64,000 nucleotides of DNA, from assembly GCA_019058365.1 (NCBI GenBank), contig JAHPZE010000001.1:160001-224000 (forward strand), written 5' to 3'. This document shows, in pieces, positions 37,535 to 48,483 of this stretch. The stretch's first letter is position 1, and every line of letters begins with the position of its first letter. The notes under the pieces are model-generated. The model did not search any database. It was not told where the DNA came from and was given only the letters and a program-made list of their open reading frames with translations. This DNA is from Promethearchaeota archaeon (GTDB taxonomy: Archaea; Asgardarchaeota; Lokiarchaeia; Sigyniarchaeales; SOKP01). The position numbers and the translations under genes are program-made.

Positions 37535-39679
37535 TCATTTTTTTATACATCTTCCTTTAAAAATTCTATATTCCTCACAATTGGAACAGAAACCCTTTCC
37601 TGAATTTTCTTTAAAACTATCATTCCAACATTTAGGACATAAATAGTAGGTAAGAGATTTATTGCTTTTTCTTAGTATCACTTTAAAAACATTAAAATTA
37701 CAAATAGAACAAACACAATCTAGCAACTCTAATTTTCCGTTCTTGGGTAAGGATAAATACTGTTTGCAATTTTCATTAGAACAAACTAAAAATCTTTTAT
37801 TTTTACTATCAATGAATTTCATAGGAAATGTATTACAAAAAGGACAATTTGAAGTGGTGAGTGGGATAGTATAATCCATCTTATAGGTATTAATTTTAGA
37901 GGTTAATTTATGTTTATTTACTAAGAATTTATCAAACAACTGTAAAAACTCATTTCTTACCTCATCTACAACATCATTCATTTTTTTTTTATTATTTTTA
38001 ATTTCTTCTAGTTTTTCCTCTACTCTTCTTGTAAACTCTGGCTTTAAAAATGGTAACCATATTTCAATTAAATTTTCTATAATAAATTTACCTAAATCTG
38101 TTATAAAATAATGGTGTTTCAATCTTTTTGTTAAACTACGAGTTTGTAATAATTTTATAATGACAGGTCTAGTTGATTTCGTACCTAAATGATTTTTTTC
38201 CATTATTTTAAGCAATGATGTATCATTATATCTAGGAGGGGGTTTTGTTTCATTTTGGACAAATAAAATTTCCTTTATTGGGATGTCATTACTAATAATT
38301 TGAATCACAGTATCATATTTTGGTTTAAGAAAAGGAGCAATTTCTAGAAATCCTGGAGAGATTAATGTTACAAACTGAGCGTGAAAAGGCTCTTCTTTTA
38401 TAAGGATTTTTAAAAATTGTTTTGATTCCAAGGCTTCTTCTCCAAAAAGTGCTAGATAATGACGTGCGAGTATATCATAAACTTTTTTTTGTAGATTGTT
38501 TTCAAATCTTGAACTATTAAGCTCTAAACTTTCAAGAGGTGTTATAGGTGGGTGGTCCCCCATATCTTTCTTTCCGTATGTTGGTTTTATTCTATTATTG
38601 TCCAAAAGGTTTATAGTATAATTTTTAAACTGCGAATGTAAAGTGAATTTCTGTAGGATTTCATTGTGATTAAAATCTGACTTGTAAACATCACTATCGG
38701 TTCTCGGATATGAGATAAGCTTATTTAGATATAAAGCATTCATAATTTGCATAGCCATGATTGCTGAAATTTTTAAATTTTTTGTTAATAGCACTAAAGC
38801 TTTAGACGTATTCAATGGGATAGGTGGGGCTCTCCTTGTTACATTTTTAGAATTATCAATAATCTTGCCAATTTTCTCATTTTTAATCTTTTGAAAAATT
38901 TCTCCAGCCATAACCTCACTATCCTTCAAGAAAGGATTAAGTTGGTGATGTACTCGAAAAGTTCCACTTACATGAAATAAATCAGCATCAATTAGAAAAT
39001 AGGGTTCTGGAATAAAATTCAGAATTTCTTGTTCTCTTATATATATTAAATAAAGAAGACTAGTCTGAACGCGCCCAATTGAAGTAAATCTAACTCTAAA
39101 TTTATTTAATAAGGGACGTAGAGTATTTGTAACTTCTCTTGTAGCTGAAAAACCAATGAGTGCATCGATAATAGCTCTAGCCTCTCCTGATTCACCCCAA
39201 TTATATTTTGGAGATATAAGATTATTAAATTTTCTTAAAATTTCATTTTCTTGAAGAGAACTAAGCCATAATTGCGAAATCTTGATACTAGGATTGACAT
39301 GCTTTACAAATGGAAGTGCATCGAATAAACCTATCGCGCAGCCTTCGATATCAGCATCAGTTCCAATAATACAATGATCAGAAATCTTTGAGTATTCTTT
39401 TAAAGAATTTATATAAGGATAAGCATAATTTGCAGGTACTTTTTCAATTGCATTAGGATTGGTAATGATTTCTCGGGGGTTTGTATTTGTCCAACTTTTA
39501 TAAACGTCTGTATTTCTATATTCAAGGATATGTCCACGTAAAGGAACTACATAAATATCTTTTGAAGCAACTAAGTAAATATTTAACATTTTTGCTTTCT
39601 TTATTATTTTAACTGAACCTAACGCTTTTGCTATAGCTTCTGCGGCTTTATTTTTTTCTGCGATTATTAAGGTTGTCAT
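37535..39679 (-). CDS. topA: Type IA DNA topoisomerase (archaeal TopA/Topo III) with C-terminal Zn ribbons
   Basis: TOPRIM IAEK and DADIEG, SIGRVQT, active-site ISYPRTDS, GTKSTR, several C-terminal CxxC pairs. Confidence 0.93.
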   Translation of the reverse strand: MTTLIIAEKNKAAEAIAKALGSVKIIKKAKMLNIYLVASKDIYVVPLRGHILEYRNTDVYKSWTNTNPREIITNPNAIEKVPANYAYPYINSLKEYSKISDHCIIGTDADIEGCAIGLFDALPFVKHVNPSIKISQLWLSSLQENEILRKFNNLISPKYNWGESGEARAIIDALIGFSATREVTNTLRPLLNKFRVRFTSIGRVQTSLLYLIYIREQEILNFIPEPYFLIDADLFHVSGTFRVHHQLNPFLKDSEVMAGEIFQKIKNEKIGKIIDNSKNVTRRAPPIPLNTSKALVLLTKNLKISAIMAMQIMNALYLNKLISYPRTDSDVYKSDFNHNEILQKFTLHSQFKNYTINLLDNNRIKPTYGKKDMGDHPPITPLESLELNSSRFENNLQKKVYDILARHYLALFGEEALESKQFLKILIKEEPFHAQFVTLISPGFLEIAPFLKPKYDTVIQIISNDIPIKEILFVQNETKPPPRYNDTSLLKIMEKNHLGTKSTRPVIIKLLQTRSLTKRLKHHYFITDLGKFIIENLIEIWLPFLKPEFTRRVEEKLEEIKNNKKKMNDVVDEVRNEFLQLFDKFLVNKHKLTSKINTYKMDYTIPLTTSNCPFCNTFPMKFIDSKNKRFLVCSNENCKQYLSLPKNGKLELLDCVCSICNFNVFKVILRKSNKSLTYYLCPKCWNDSFKENSGKGFCSNCEEYRIFKGRCIKK

Positions 39680-39870
39680 TATGACTTTTCAAATATGTAA
39701 TAGAATACTTAATTTTAAATTTTGAAAAAGCAATAATATTTCATAACTGTTGAATAAATTTCTGGTTATTATTAAAGAAAAATTAATTCATTAAGAATTT
39801 TAATTTGTGTAATATAATTCAAGACATAAATGATATGTAATGAATTAAAATTCCAAAGATATCCTAAAAT

Positions 39871-42800
39871 TTAGAACGGTAGAGTAAATGAAAAAGCTGA
39901 ACCTTGATTTTCTCCATCTGAATTTGCCCAAATTTTACCTCCATGAGCTTTAATAATCCCTTTAGTAATATATAATCCCAGTCCTGTACCAGAATCTTTA
40001 ATATTGATATGATCACTTATAAATGGAGGTTTAATCCTTTCAAATTTTTTGAATAAGCGTTCTATTTCGTCTTGAGCTAAACCAATTCCATTATCTTTGA
40101 TTTCAAAGATATAGTGATTTTCTTCTTTTTTAGATAAAATTTTTATCCATCCATAATCAGGAGTGAATTTAATCGCATTTGAAAGTAAATTAGTGAAAAC
40201 TGTGAAAATCCGCATCTGATCTACATTTAACATGATTTCATGGTCAATATTTAATATTATCTCAAGATTCTTTTCATTGATCAGATAGCTTAATTCATCA
40301 AGGCAATCATTTATGATATTAGTGACATTTATCAAAGCTTTTTGCAGTTTCAATTTATTTTCATCAATTTTTAAGACGTCTAAAAGCTGATCCATTAGAA
40401 TTTCTAATCGATTAACATTTCTTTGTACTGTTAATAAGTCCGTTGTGATTTCTGGATTAAGATGATTTCTGTGTTTCATCAAAATATAATCTGTATAACC
40501 AGAAATTGAAATTAATGGTGTTTTTAATTCATGAGCAGCCATAGTTATAAAGTCATTCTTAACTTTATCAATTTTTCTCAATTCAATATTCTGTCGTCTT
40601 AACTTCTTCTCAGACTCTAATAATTCCTGTTCCAATCTAAATTTCTCAGTAATATCATTAAATGTTCCTTCAATAGCTATTGGTTTTCCATTGTCATCTT
40701 TTATTAGATGCGCATTTATTTGTACAATAATATGATCTCCATTGTTTCTTTTAACAGGTACGATATAATTTCTAATAAATCCATTTTTTAGTAACTGGTT
40801 TATATAATTTTCCCTGTCATTTGTGTTTTCCCATAAATGTGTTATTTTTTTCTCTATTAGATTTTTCTTATATTCAAATCCGCTGATTTCATTGAATGCT
40901 GGATTATGATATAGTATAACTCCATCCAAATCCGTTTTATAATATCCTTCATCTAGATCAGTTATCATATTTCTGAAATTCTTTTCCGATTCTTTTAATT
41001 GGTTTTCTATTTTTATGCGTTCACTAATATCTCTAATAATTGTGATTATTTGACTAACTTTACCTTCAATAAATATTGGAATTTTACGAGTTTCAGTTAT
41101 AACATCAAGACCTGACAGTATAGTAGTTTCAATCGTAATAAAAGGTTTTCCCGTTTCGAAAACTTCGCGATATTCTTCATAAACTTGATCTGGTAAAAAA
41201 GTAAATGCTTCAGAAAGCATTAGACCTAAGATATCTGCTCTAAGATCTAATTCATAAAGCCATTTTTTCATTTCCTTATTTACTAATATAATTCTTAATT
41301 CTTTATTGACTACATGCAAGGGATCATTTAATGAATCAATCGTAGTTCGATATTGCTGTTCAGATTCTATTAGATCTTTAGTCCGCTCTAATACTTTTTG
41401 TTCTAGTTCTCTATTTAAAATTTTTAATTCTTCTTGAGACTTCTTTAATTTTTGTTCAGCTATTTTTTTCTCTGTTATATCTTGTATAATAACTTGAAAA
41501 AATGTTTCATCTCCAATTTCTACGAGAGAGTCATCAATACTAATCCACATTAAATTTCCATTTTTCGATCTTGAAATTTGAACTTCAAGTGATCCTGGAA
41601 CATTATCTTTCAAGATAGATTGATATCTATCTTTAAATACAGGTAAAATATTTTCAGGTTTTATGTCTACCTCTAAAAAATTTCTATTTATTATACTTTC
41701 AATTTTTCTATTAAATATTTTCTCGGTAACAGGGTTACAATCAATAATTTTTCCCTTTCTGTTAATTAAAATAATTGAATAGGGAGAACGTTGAAATAGG
41801 TGTCGATATTTTGTTTCTGATTCCTTTAACTTTTGTTCAAGATGGAATTTATCTGTAATATCTCTCGCTAGACCGTTAAATCCTATTTTATTACCACCTG
41901 AATCATATCTTAAATATACAGAAGATTCACATATCACTAAACCTTCACTTTTGTTTCGAAATTGAAATTGAAAATCTGATTTTGGTTGCCCCGTTTGATA
42001 AACGTTACTATATACATTAAAAATCTTTTTTTTATTTTCTTTATCAAAAAAATTTCGATAATTTATACCTAATAATTCATTTTTAGAATATCCTATAAGT
42101 TCAATAAATGCATCATTGAAAAAAGTAAAATTTCCCTCTAAATCGACTTCAAAATAAATTTCTTTTATATTTTCAAGGATTCCACGATACTTTTCTTCTG
42201 ATTCCTTTAATTTTTGTTCTGCCATTTCACGTATCGTAATATCTTCATAGGTTACTAATATTCCAACTACTTCTCCTTTTGGATTATGTAGAGGAATTCT
42301 ATTAATCTCAAACCAATTTTGCCAACCATTAATCGTAATTAATGATTCTATAGTGTTATATTCAGCAGTATCATTTTTCATTACTTCACTTTCCTTGTTT
42401 TTAATAGATTCCACGTTATCTTTGATCCAAATGAGATCTTCATCTGTACTTCCAATAATACTTGTTGGTTCCATTATTTTATTTAGGAGGGCAAAATTCT
42501 TATTACATCCCATATAAACCAAGTTTGTATCTTTCCAATAAATGAATTGAGGAATATTGTCCAATACTAATTCTAACATCTCTCTGGTCTTCTCTACAAC
42601 ATTTTTTCCTTCTCTTGTTTGAAGAAGTTTCCAAAATTGTATCTCCGGAACATATTCTGCTAATTCACCGAATCGAGCTTGGCTTTTTTTAATCTCAAAC
42701 TCGAGATTTTTAAACTTGGTTATATCTCTGCAGATTAAAAGGGCTTTTTTTTTATTATCTTCGTTATCTATGAAACTTTTTCCCTTTATTTCAAACCATT

Positions 42801-43053
42801 TAAATGGATTACCTTTATATTTAATTTGAACATCTTCAACTCCATAACCAGTCCTAAAGATGGCTTTTAATAGTTTCGTTACTCGTTTGAAATCATCTTG
42901 ATGAATAAATTCGTTCAATTTTTTCTTTATAGTAAAATCTTCAAAATTAGTATATTCGCATTGATACTTACTATTAAGTATAAATATAAGGTCATCAATA
43001 TTTTCAGAAAAAATCTGACCTATTTTACTGTAACTTCTGAAAGTACTTGTCAT
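39871..43053 (-). CDS. Cytoplasmic multi-PAS sensor histidine kinase
   Basis: About six PAS/PAC units (RDIT/EDIT/QDIT/RDIS/NDIT ends), H-box AAHELKTPL, NLLSNAIKFT, DNGIG, GTGLGL. Confidence 0.95.
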   Translation of the reverse strand: MTSTFRSYSKIGQIFSENIDDLIFILNSKYQCEYTNFEDFTIKKKLNEFIHQDDFKRVTKLLKAIFRTGYGVEDVQIKYKGNPFKWFEIKGKSFIDNEDNKKKALLICRDITKFKNLEFEIKKSQARFGELAEYVPEIQFWKLLQTREGKNVVEKTREMLELVLDNIPQFIYWKDTNLVYMGCNKNFALLNKIMEPTSIIGSTDEDLIWIKDNVESIKNKESEVMKNDTAEYNTIESLITINGWQNWFEINRIPLHNPKGEVVGILVTYEDITIREMAEQKLKESEEKYRGILENIKEIYFEVDLEGNFTFFNDAFIELIGYSKNELLGINYRNFFDKENKKKIFNVYSNVYQTGQPKSDFQFQFRNKSEGLVICESSVYLRYDSGGNKIGFNGLARDITDKFHLEQKLKESETKYRHLFQRSPYSIILINRKGKIIDCNPVTEKIFNRKIESIINRNFLEVDIKPENILPVFKDRYQSILKDNVPGSLEVQISRSKNGNLMWISIDDSLVEIGDETFFQVIIQDITEKKIAEQKLKKSQEELKILNRELEQKVLERTKDLIESEQQYRTTIDSLNDPLHVVNKELRIILVNKEMKKWLYELDLRADILGLMLSEAFTFLPDQVYEEYREVFETGKPFITIETTILSGLDVITETRKIPIFIEGKVSQIITIIRDISERIKIENQLKESEKNFRNMITDLDEGYYKTDLDGVILYHNPAFNEISGFEYKKNLIEKKITHLWENTNDRENYINQLLKNGFIRNYIVPVKRNNGDHIIVQINAHLIKDDNGKPIAIEGTFNDITEKFRLEQELLESEKKLRRQNIELRKIDKVKNDFITMAAHELKTPLISISGYTDYILMKHRNHLNPEITTDLLTVQRNVNRLEILMDQLLDVLKIDENKLKLQKALINVTNIINDCLDELSYLINEKNLEIILNIDHEIMLNVDQMRIFTVFTNLLSNAIKFTPDYGWIKILSKKEENHYIFEIKDNGIGLAQDEIERLFKKFERIKPPFISDHINIKDSGTGLGLYITKGIIKAHGGKIWANSDGENQGSAFSFTLPF

Positions 43054-43231
43054 CTCTTATAGTTACCCCATTTAACATTTTAGGATTTAATTATCAAACA
43101 AAATAACAGAAAATTAATCTTTTCTTATAAAAAAATTATATAAATTAGAATATATTTTTTATCTATTTAGAATTCATTAAAACTAATATCTACAACGTAA
43201 ATTATTAGGGCTATAATTTTTTCAATTAACA

Positions 43232-44332
43232 TTAGCCTAATTTGCTTGCCCATCCTTTCATGAATTTCCTCATTTTTTCTTGTTTTGAGATTATTTCTTT
43301 TATTTGTTCTTTTGATTTATTTGTTAGATTTACAATCTCTGGTATAAAGTTGTATTTTATGAAGAAATCTTTACATTGCTGTGAGATTAAATCATTTGGG
43401 ATGTTGATAGGATCCTTCTGAAGACTTTTAAAATTGAATTCCCAATGTTCTAAGAAATTTTTTATGCTTTTATTTGCTTGGAAAATTGGTAAAACTCCAA
43501 TACAATTTGATGTGGTAAGAGCTACATTAGCGTGTTCAACACTAAATCTATTTCCATTAAATGATATAGCGATACCACCATCATCACTTAATCTTTGGAG
43601 CATATTAATATCAGTAATTGAATCTCCTAAAGCTATCATTTCTGAAATTGGTATATTTGTTCTTTTAGATATATCTTCAACGGCTAACTCTTTTCTTTTT
43701 CCCCCTCGAACTATCACTTCATTCATAATCCTTATATAATCAGAATCTGGGCTTATCCAAAAAAAATCATTCAAATCATCAATAATACTATTAAGATCTT
43801 TATTATTAGTAAGATATTTTTTAAATATCTCTCTTATCAATACATTTACTGCATCTTCAATATTCGATAAACTCTTTTTCAAATTTTGGATATTCAAATC
43901 TGTACAATATACATGATCTTTTGGAATTTCCAGAGCAGCTGTTACAATATGAGCAAAATGTGTGTAACTGGTAGAAATTACAAATATATCCCAATCTTTT
44001 TTTAAGATTTTCATTAACTCTCTACATCCTGGTAACAAACCTAAGTTACTTTTAGCTAAACTTATTAATTCTTCATCTGTAAAGCAAGAAACGTACAACG
44101 GAGCCATTAATCTAAGAGTGTCTCCTGGTTGATATCCAGGGATATTCAATTTTTCTTTAACTCCTGGTACATCAATAATATAATCATCATAATTAGAAAT
44201 CATCGTAAAAAATTCACCCATATTATATTTGTTTAAATTCAACTCTGACTTATTATTTAATTTTTTTCCTAGCTCAGCAGCAAAATCGATAACACTAATA
44301 GGACCCTCTAGGTCCCAACACGCAACATTCAT
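43232..44332 (-). CDS. HAD-superfamily hydrolase (archaeal COG4030-like)
   Basis: WDLEGPIS motif I, ISTSY motif II, GDSITD motif IV, SFNGN. Confidence 0.8.
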   Translation of the reverse strand: MNVACWDLEGPISVIDFAAELGKKLNNKSELNLNKYNMGEFFTMISNYDDYIIDVPGVKEKLNIPGYQPGDTLRLMAPLYVSCFTDEELISLAKSNLGLLPGCRELMKILKKDWDIFVISTSYTHFAHIVTAALEIPKDHVYCTDLNIQNLKKSLSNIEDAVNVLIREIFKKYLTNNKDLNSIIDDLNDFFWISPDSDYIRIMNEVIVRGGKRKELAVEDISKRTNIPISEMIALGDSITDINMLQRLSDDGGIAISFNGNRFSVEHANVALTTSNCIGVLPIFQANKSIKNFLEHWEFNFKSLQKDPINIPNDLISQQCKDFFIKYNFIPEIVNLTNKSKEQIKEIISKQEKMRKFMKGWASKLG

Positions 44333-44420
44333 ATTATAAAAAGAGGATAATAATCTTAAATAATCTTCTATTAATTAACTACTTATTAAGGATTTATTAT
44401 TTAAGAGAAGTTTATTTGCT

Positions 44421-44903
44421 TTAGTCTTTTATTTTAAAAATTTCTTGAATTGACTTATTTCTTTCTCGTTTAATTATTTCTTTCCAATTTGGTTCTATTA
44501 TATTAAAGGCGTTTAAAGCTAGATTTTTAATATCATCATCAGATGAATCTAATAATGGCCCTAAATATGCTAATGCTCTCTTATCTTTTATCTTAGTTAA
44601 ACTCTCTATAATGTAAATAATTCTATACTTATCTGGTTCGTATTTTTTTTGTTCTTCTTTGAGTTGTTCTATGATCCTTAGTGTCGCTCTTCCATCTCTA
44701 ATTCGTCCTAATGCTTCTATTATTTTATTAATAACAGTATGATCTTTCTCAGATCTAAGAGCTCTGCACATTAGATTTGTAGCTCTTCCATCCTTTAATA
44801 ACCCGAGTTGTCTCGCAGCTTCAGCTCTTTTCTGCCAATCATCTTCATGAAAGAGTTGTTTTATAAAAGCATTGAATTCTGCATTTTTTTCATGCCAGGT
44901 CAT
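44421..44903 (-). CDS. HEAT/PBS-lyase repeat protein
   Basis: DWQKRAEAARQLGLLKDGRA, IIEALGRIRDGRA, IIESLTKIKDKRA repeats. Confidence 0.85.
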   Translation of the reverse strand: MTWHEKNAEFNAFIKQLFHEDDWQKRAEAARQLGLLKDGRATNLMCRALRSEKDHTVINKIIEALGRIRDGRATLRIIEQLKEEQKKYEPDKYRIIYIIESLTKIKDKRALAYLGPLLDSSDDDIKNLALNAFNIIEPNWKEIIKRERNKSIQEIFKIKD

Positions 44904-44995
44904 AATTCAAAAAAGATCAAATAGGGGCAATATTATAATTTGATGATTATAGAATATAATACTTTATTTAGATGATAAATTATAAAAAATAGCAT

Positions 44996-46318
44996 TTATT
45001 TTTTATTTAAAATAGAATTCATGTGTACAATTCGTTTTTGTAATAGTTTTCGCGTACCTACATCTTTTCTATGAAAAAGGTTTCCTTTAATACAACTTAC
45101 TCCCGTCTCAGCAATCTTTTCAGCTTCTTCTAGGGATTCTGCGATTCCTAATACTCCCATTGCCCTTGAAGTTGTAGTATATATGTTTTCACCTTCTCGA
45201 TAAACTGAAGCATAGTAATATTTTGCTTTAGATTTAATAATTTCCTCTATATTTATTTTAATGACGACATCCTTCTTAGGATTAACGGGGTATCCTTCAG
45301 GAGCTAGATATTTACATACAGTGGCCTTCTTTTCAAATTCATAATTTTGATGCAAATTTCCATTTATAATTGACCAACAAATATCTATAAAGTTATTTTT
45401 TAGGAGAGGCAATATATTCATTGCCTCTGGATCACCCAAACGAGAATTATATTCTATCAATTTTATACCACTTGCTGTTTTCATAAATTGTCCATATAAA
45501 AATCCTTTATATTCTACACCAGTCTCTTCTTTTACAGCTGCTACAGTCTTTTTCATATCTCTCAGTGCTTCATTGACATCATTTTGATTGAAGAACGGCA
45601 TGAGATGGTCCTCCATACTATATGAACCCATTCCTCCTGTATTTGGACCTCTATCATCCTCAAAAGCTCTTTTATGGTCTTGTACTAAAGGAGACCCTAT
45701 TACATTTTTTCCATCAACGAATGTCTGTAGCGTAAATTCCTCCCCATCACATTTCTCCTCTAATAGGAATCTATTCTTTTTATCTACCAGTTCACTACAA
45801 TAATCCAAAATATCTTTTTTAGAGAAGAGGTGATCACCATAAACTTTCACCCCCTTACCCCCAGTTAGGCCCTCTGGTTTTACAACGATATTTTCTTCCC
45901 CCATATCTTTAATATAACTTTCAACTCCATCAATAGAATCAAATATTTTACTCTTTACATTTGATTGAATTTTATACTTATCAAGTAATTCTCTAGTAAA
46001 AATTTTTGAGCCTTCTAACTGTGCTGCTTCAATTTTTGGCCCTACGCATGGAAATCCTCCTTTTTCTAAAGCATCAACAATTCCCACTATTAAGGGTGCC
46101 TCAGGCCCAATAACAACAAAATCAATATTTTTTTCTTTACAAAATTCAATGATTTTTTTAAAATCACTTTCAGAGTGAATCTTTATATCTTTACTTAGAT
46201 CTTCTAGTCCAGCATTTTTATAACTCATGAATGCAAATAGATTCGCACCTCCATTAACAAGTGTTTCACCAATAACATGTTCTCTTGCACCATGCCCAAT
46301 AATCAAACAATTTACCAT
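44996..46318 (-). CDS. purD: Phosphoribosylamine--glycine ligase
   Basis: IGHGAREH, IGPEAPL, AAQLEGSK, VVKPEGLTGGKGV, QDHKRA, GPNTGGMGSYS, EYNSRLGDPE. Confidence 0.97.
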   Translation of the reverse strand: MVNCLIIGHGAREHVIGETLVNGGANLFAFMSYKNAGLEDLSKDIKIHSESDFKKIIEFCKEKNIDFVVIGPEAPLIVGIVDALEKGGFPCVGPKIEAAQLEGSKIFTRELLDKYKIQSNVKSKIFDSIDGVESYIKDMGEENIVVKPEGLTGGKGVKVYGDHLFSKKDILDYCSELVDKKNRFLLEEKCDGEEFTLQTFVDGKNVIGSPLVQDHKRAFEDDRGPNTGGMGSYSMEDHLMPFFNQNDVNEALRDMKKTVAAVKEETGVEYKGFLYGQFMKTASGIKLIEYNSRLGDPEAMNILPLLKNNFIDICWSIINGNLHQNYEFEKKATVCKYLAPEGYPVNPKKDVVIKINIEEIIKSKAKYYYASVYREGENIYTTTSRAMGVLGIAESLEEAEKIAETGVSCIKGNLFHRKDVGTRKLLQKRIVHMNSILNKK

Positions 46319-46466
46319 TTTAAACCAACATAAAGTATCAAGTTTAATTCTTAATATAAACTAATTAGGTTAATATATAATTTTAACATTAATTATTAAC
46401 CAAGTAATTAACAGTAAGAGGAATTTGAGAGGAAATTTTATATTCCTAAGTTAAATTTGAAAAAAA

Positions 46467-47036
46467 TTATATTAATTTTTCCCCACATTTAGCACAAAAC
46501 TTAGCTTCAATAGGCAATTCGTGACCACAATTATAACATGTTTTGGTTATCTTCTTATGATCTTCTTTTTCAGTTAAATTAGACCCACAATTAGAGCAAA
46601 ACTTGGCATCATCATCAATTTTTTCATGGCAAAAGGGGCAATTTATTTGGTTTATTGATTTTTTTACTTCTGGTACAACCTTTTGTATTATTGGTCTAGG
46701 TTGTACTTGGACATTTCCCACTCTGACTTCAATAGGTAATGTTAACATTTCATAATTTCCAGAGTGAAGAAATGCTGTTATTGTAAAAATTCCTTCGGAT
46801 TTAGGAATGAATTTAAAAAGTCGTCTTTTTTTTCCTCCATGGGAAATTCCCCCATACCTTTCTGCTTTAATTAAAAGTTTAATTTCAGGAGGTCCTGATA
46901 AAACTACCCTTACTTGGGGTAGGTATCGAGATTCAAAATTTTGAACTACTAAATAAAATTCCGTTTGTCTGTTTAAAGAAGTGTATATCATTTTTGCATC
47001 ATTTTTTAAAGCAAATTTAATATTTGTAGGACTCAT
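46467..47036 (-). CDS. Beta-sandwich domain plus double zinc-ribbon protein
   Basis: CPFC...FCSNCG...CYNCG...FCAKCG; beta-rich N-terminus. Confidence 0.8.
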   Translation of the reverse strand: MSPTNIKFALKNDAKMIYTSLNRQTEFYLVVQNFESRYLPQVRVVLSGPPEIKLLIKAERYGGISHGGKKRRLFKFIPKSEGIFTITAFLHSGNYEMLTLPIEVRVGNVQVQPRPIIQKVVPEVKKSINQINCPFCHEKIDDDAKFCSNCGSNLTEKEDHKKITKTCYNCGHELPIEAKFCAKCGEKLI

Positions 47037-47221
47037 TTTTATAACTCCTTTCTCAAAATCTATTGAAATTCAAATTTAAATTGGTTCTTATAATTTTTTT
47101 CTTATTGATTATAAAATTGAACTATAATTTAAATCATTATTAATTATTTTTTATTATTCCAAAATAGATATGGACATTCTTAGATTGTGTTTTATTCAAA
47201 AAAAAATAAGATTCAGAAAAA

Positions 47222-48364
47222 ATGTCAGAACTAAAATATCAGAAAATAGCAAGAACTATAGTAAAAGCAGGTTTTCTTCCATTTCCTATAAATAATACAA
47301 TGTTAAAACTATTAAAATTATTGATTGATGAAGAGCAATTAGATTTTATCTTGGCTTTTAAAAATAAATCTTCTCAAACAATGGAAGAATTAATAAAAAA
47401 TAGTAAAATGGCTGAGGATGAGATAAAGATTCATATTAAAAAACTAGCTAAGAAAGGATTTTTATTTGATCAACCTAACTCCAAAGGTGTAATGGTGTAT
47501 AGATTAATGCCATTAATTATGGTTGGGGCATTTGAGTATACTTTTATGAAAAAGATCAGTTTTAATGAGGAAGAGAAAGAAATTGCTCAATTATTTGCTC
47601 AATTATTTAATGAGGTAGCCAAATTTATTCAAAAGAATTATGAAACAGTTCTACCTTTATTTCAAAGAATGCCTCCTTTTGATCGGACTGTTCCTTTATT
47701 AGATAAAAACATAAACGGAAAAGAAATTCAGATAATGGTTAATAAAGAGATAGAAGTTCCCGAAGATAAAATAATGACAACCCAAAAAGTCGAGGAAATA
47801 ATAGAAAAGTTTGATGATATTGCTGTAGGGCATTGTTTTTGTCGACATCATCAAGATTTATTATTAAATCCATGTAAACAGACAGATTTAAGAGAAAATT
47901 GCTTTACTTTTGGCAAATCTGCAAGATTTGTCGTTGAACAAGGTTTTGGAAGAATCATATCAAAGGATGAAGCATTATCAATATTAAAACTTTCTGAAAA
48001 TGACGGGTTAGTTCATAAAGCTTGGCATCCACATTCTGATATCTCTAAACATGAAACTAGTATATGTAATTGCTGTAAATGTTGCTGTGGAATATTTGAT
48101 TGGTGGAGAAGGGGTACCACAGCTATGATAAATTCAACTAATTTCATATCTGTAATTGATAAGAGTAAATGTATTGGATGTGGTACTTGTATGGAAAAAT
48201 GCCCTGTAGATGCAATTGAGGGAGATGATAATAATAAAGCAGAGCGGAACGCAGAGTGGTGCATAGGGTGTGGTGTTTGTGCTCATTATTGTCCCGAGAA
48301 TGCAATATCTTTATTAGAAAGCCCAAGAAAAGTATTTATCCCTCCTCCTAGATTAAGAACCTAA
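47222..48364 (+). CDS. wHTH plus 4Fe-4S dicluster ferredoxin-like protein
   Basis: CFCRH, ICNCCKCCC, CIGCGTCMEKCP, CIGCGVCAHYCP. Confidence 0.88.
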   Translation: MSELKYQKIARTIVKAGFLPFPINNTMLKLLKLLIDEEQLDFILAFKNKSSQTMEELIKNSKMAEDEIKIHIKKLAKKGFLFDQPNSKGVMVYRLMPLIMVGAFEYTFMKKISFNEEEKEIAQLFAQLFNEVAKFIQKNYETVLPLFQRMPPFDRTVPLLDKNINGKEIQIMVNKEIEVPEDKIMTTQKVEEIIEKFDDIAVGHCFCRHHQDLLLNPCKQTDLRENCFTFGKSARFVVEQGFGRIISKDEALSILKLSENDGLVHKAWHPHSDISKHETSICNCCKCCCGIFDWWRRGTTAMINSTNFISVIDKSKCIGCGTCMEKCPVDAIEGDDNNKAERNAEWCIGCGVCAHYCPENAISLLESPRKVFIPPPRLRT

Positions 48365-48483
48365 AGCAAATACTAATATTATTCATTTTTTTATATTTAC
48401 ATCTTAAATTTGTAAGGATAATAAATTAATTATTAAATCAATGATTTTTTTGTTTAATAATAACAATTAGATGAAATTAAACC

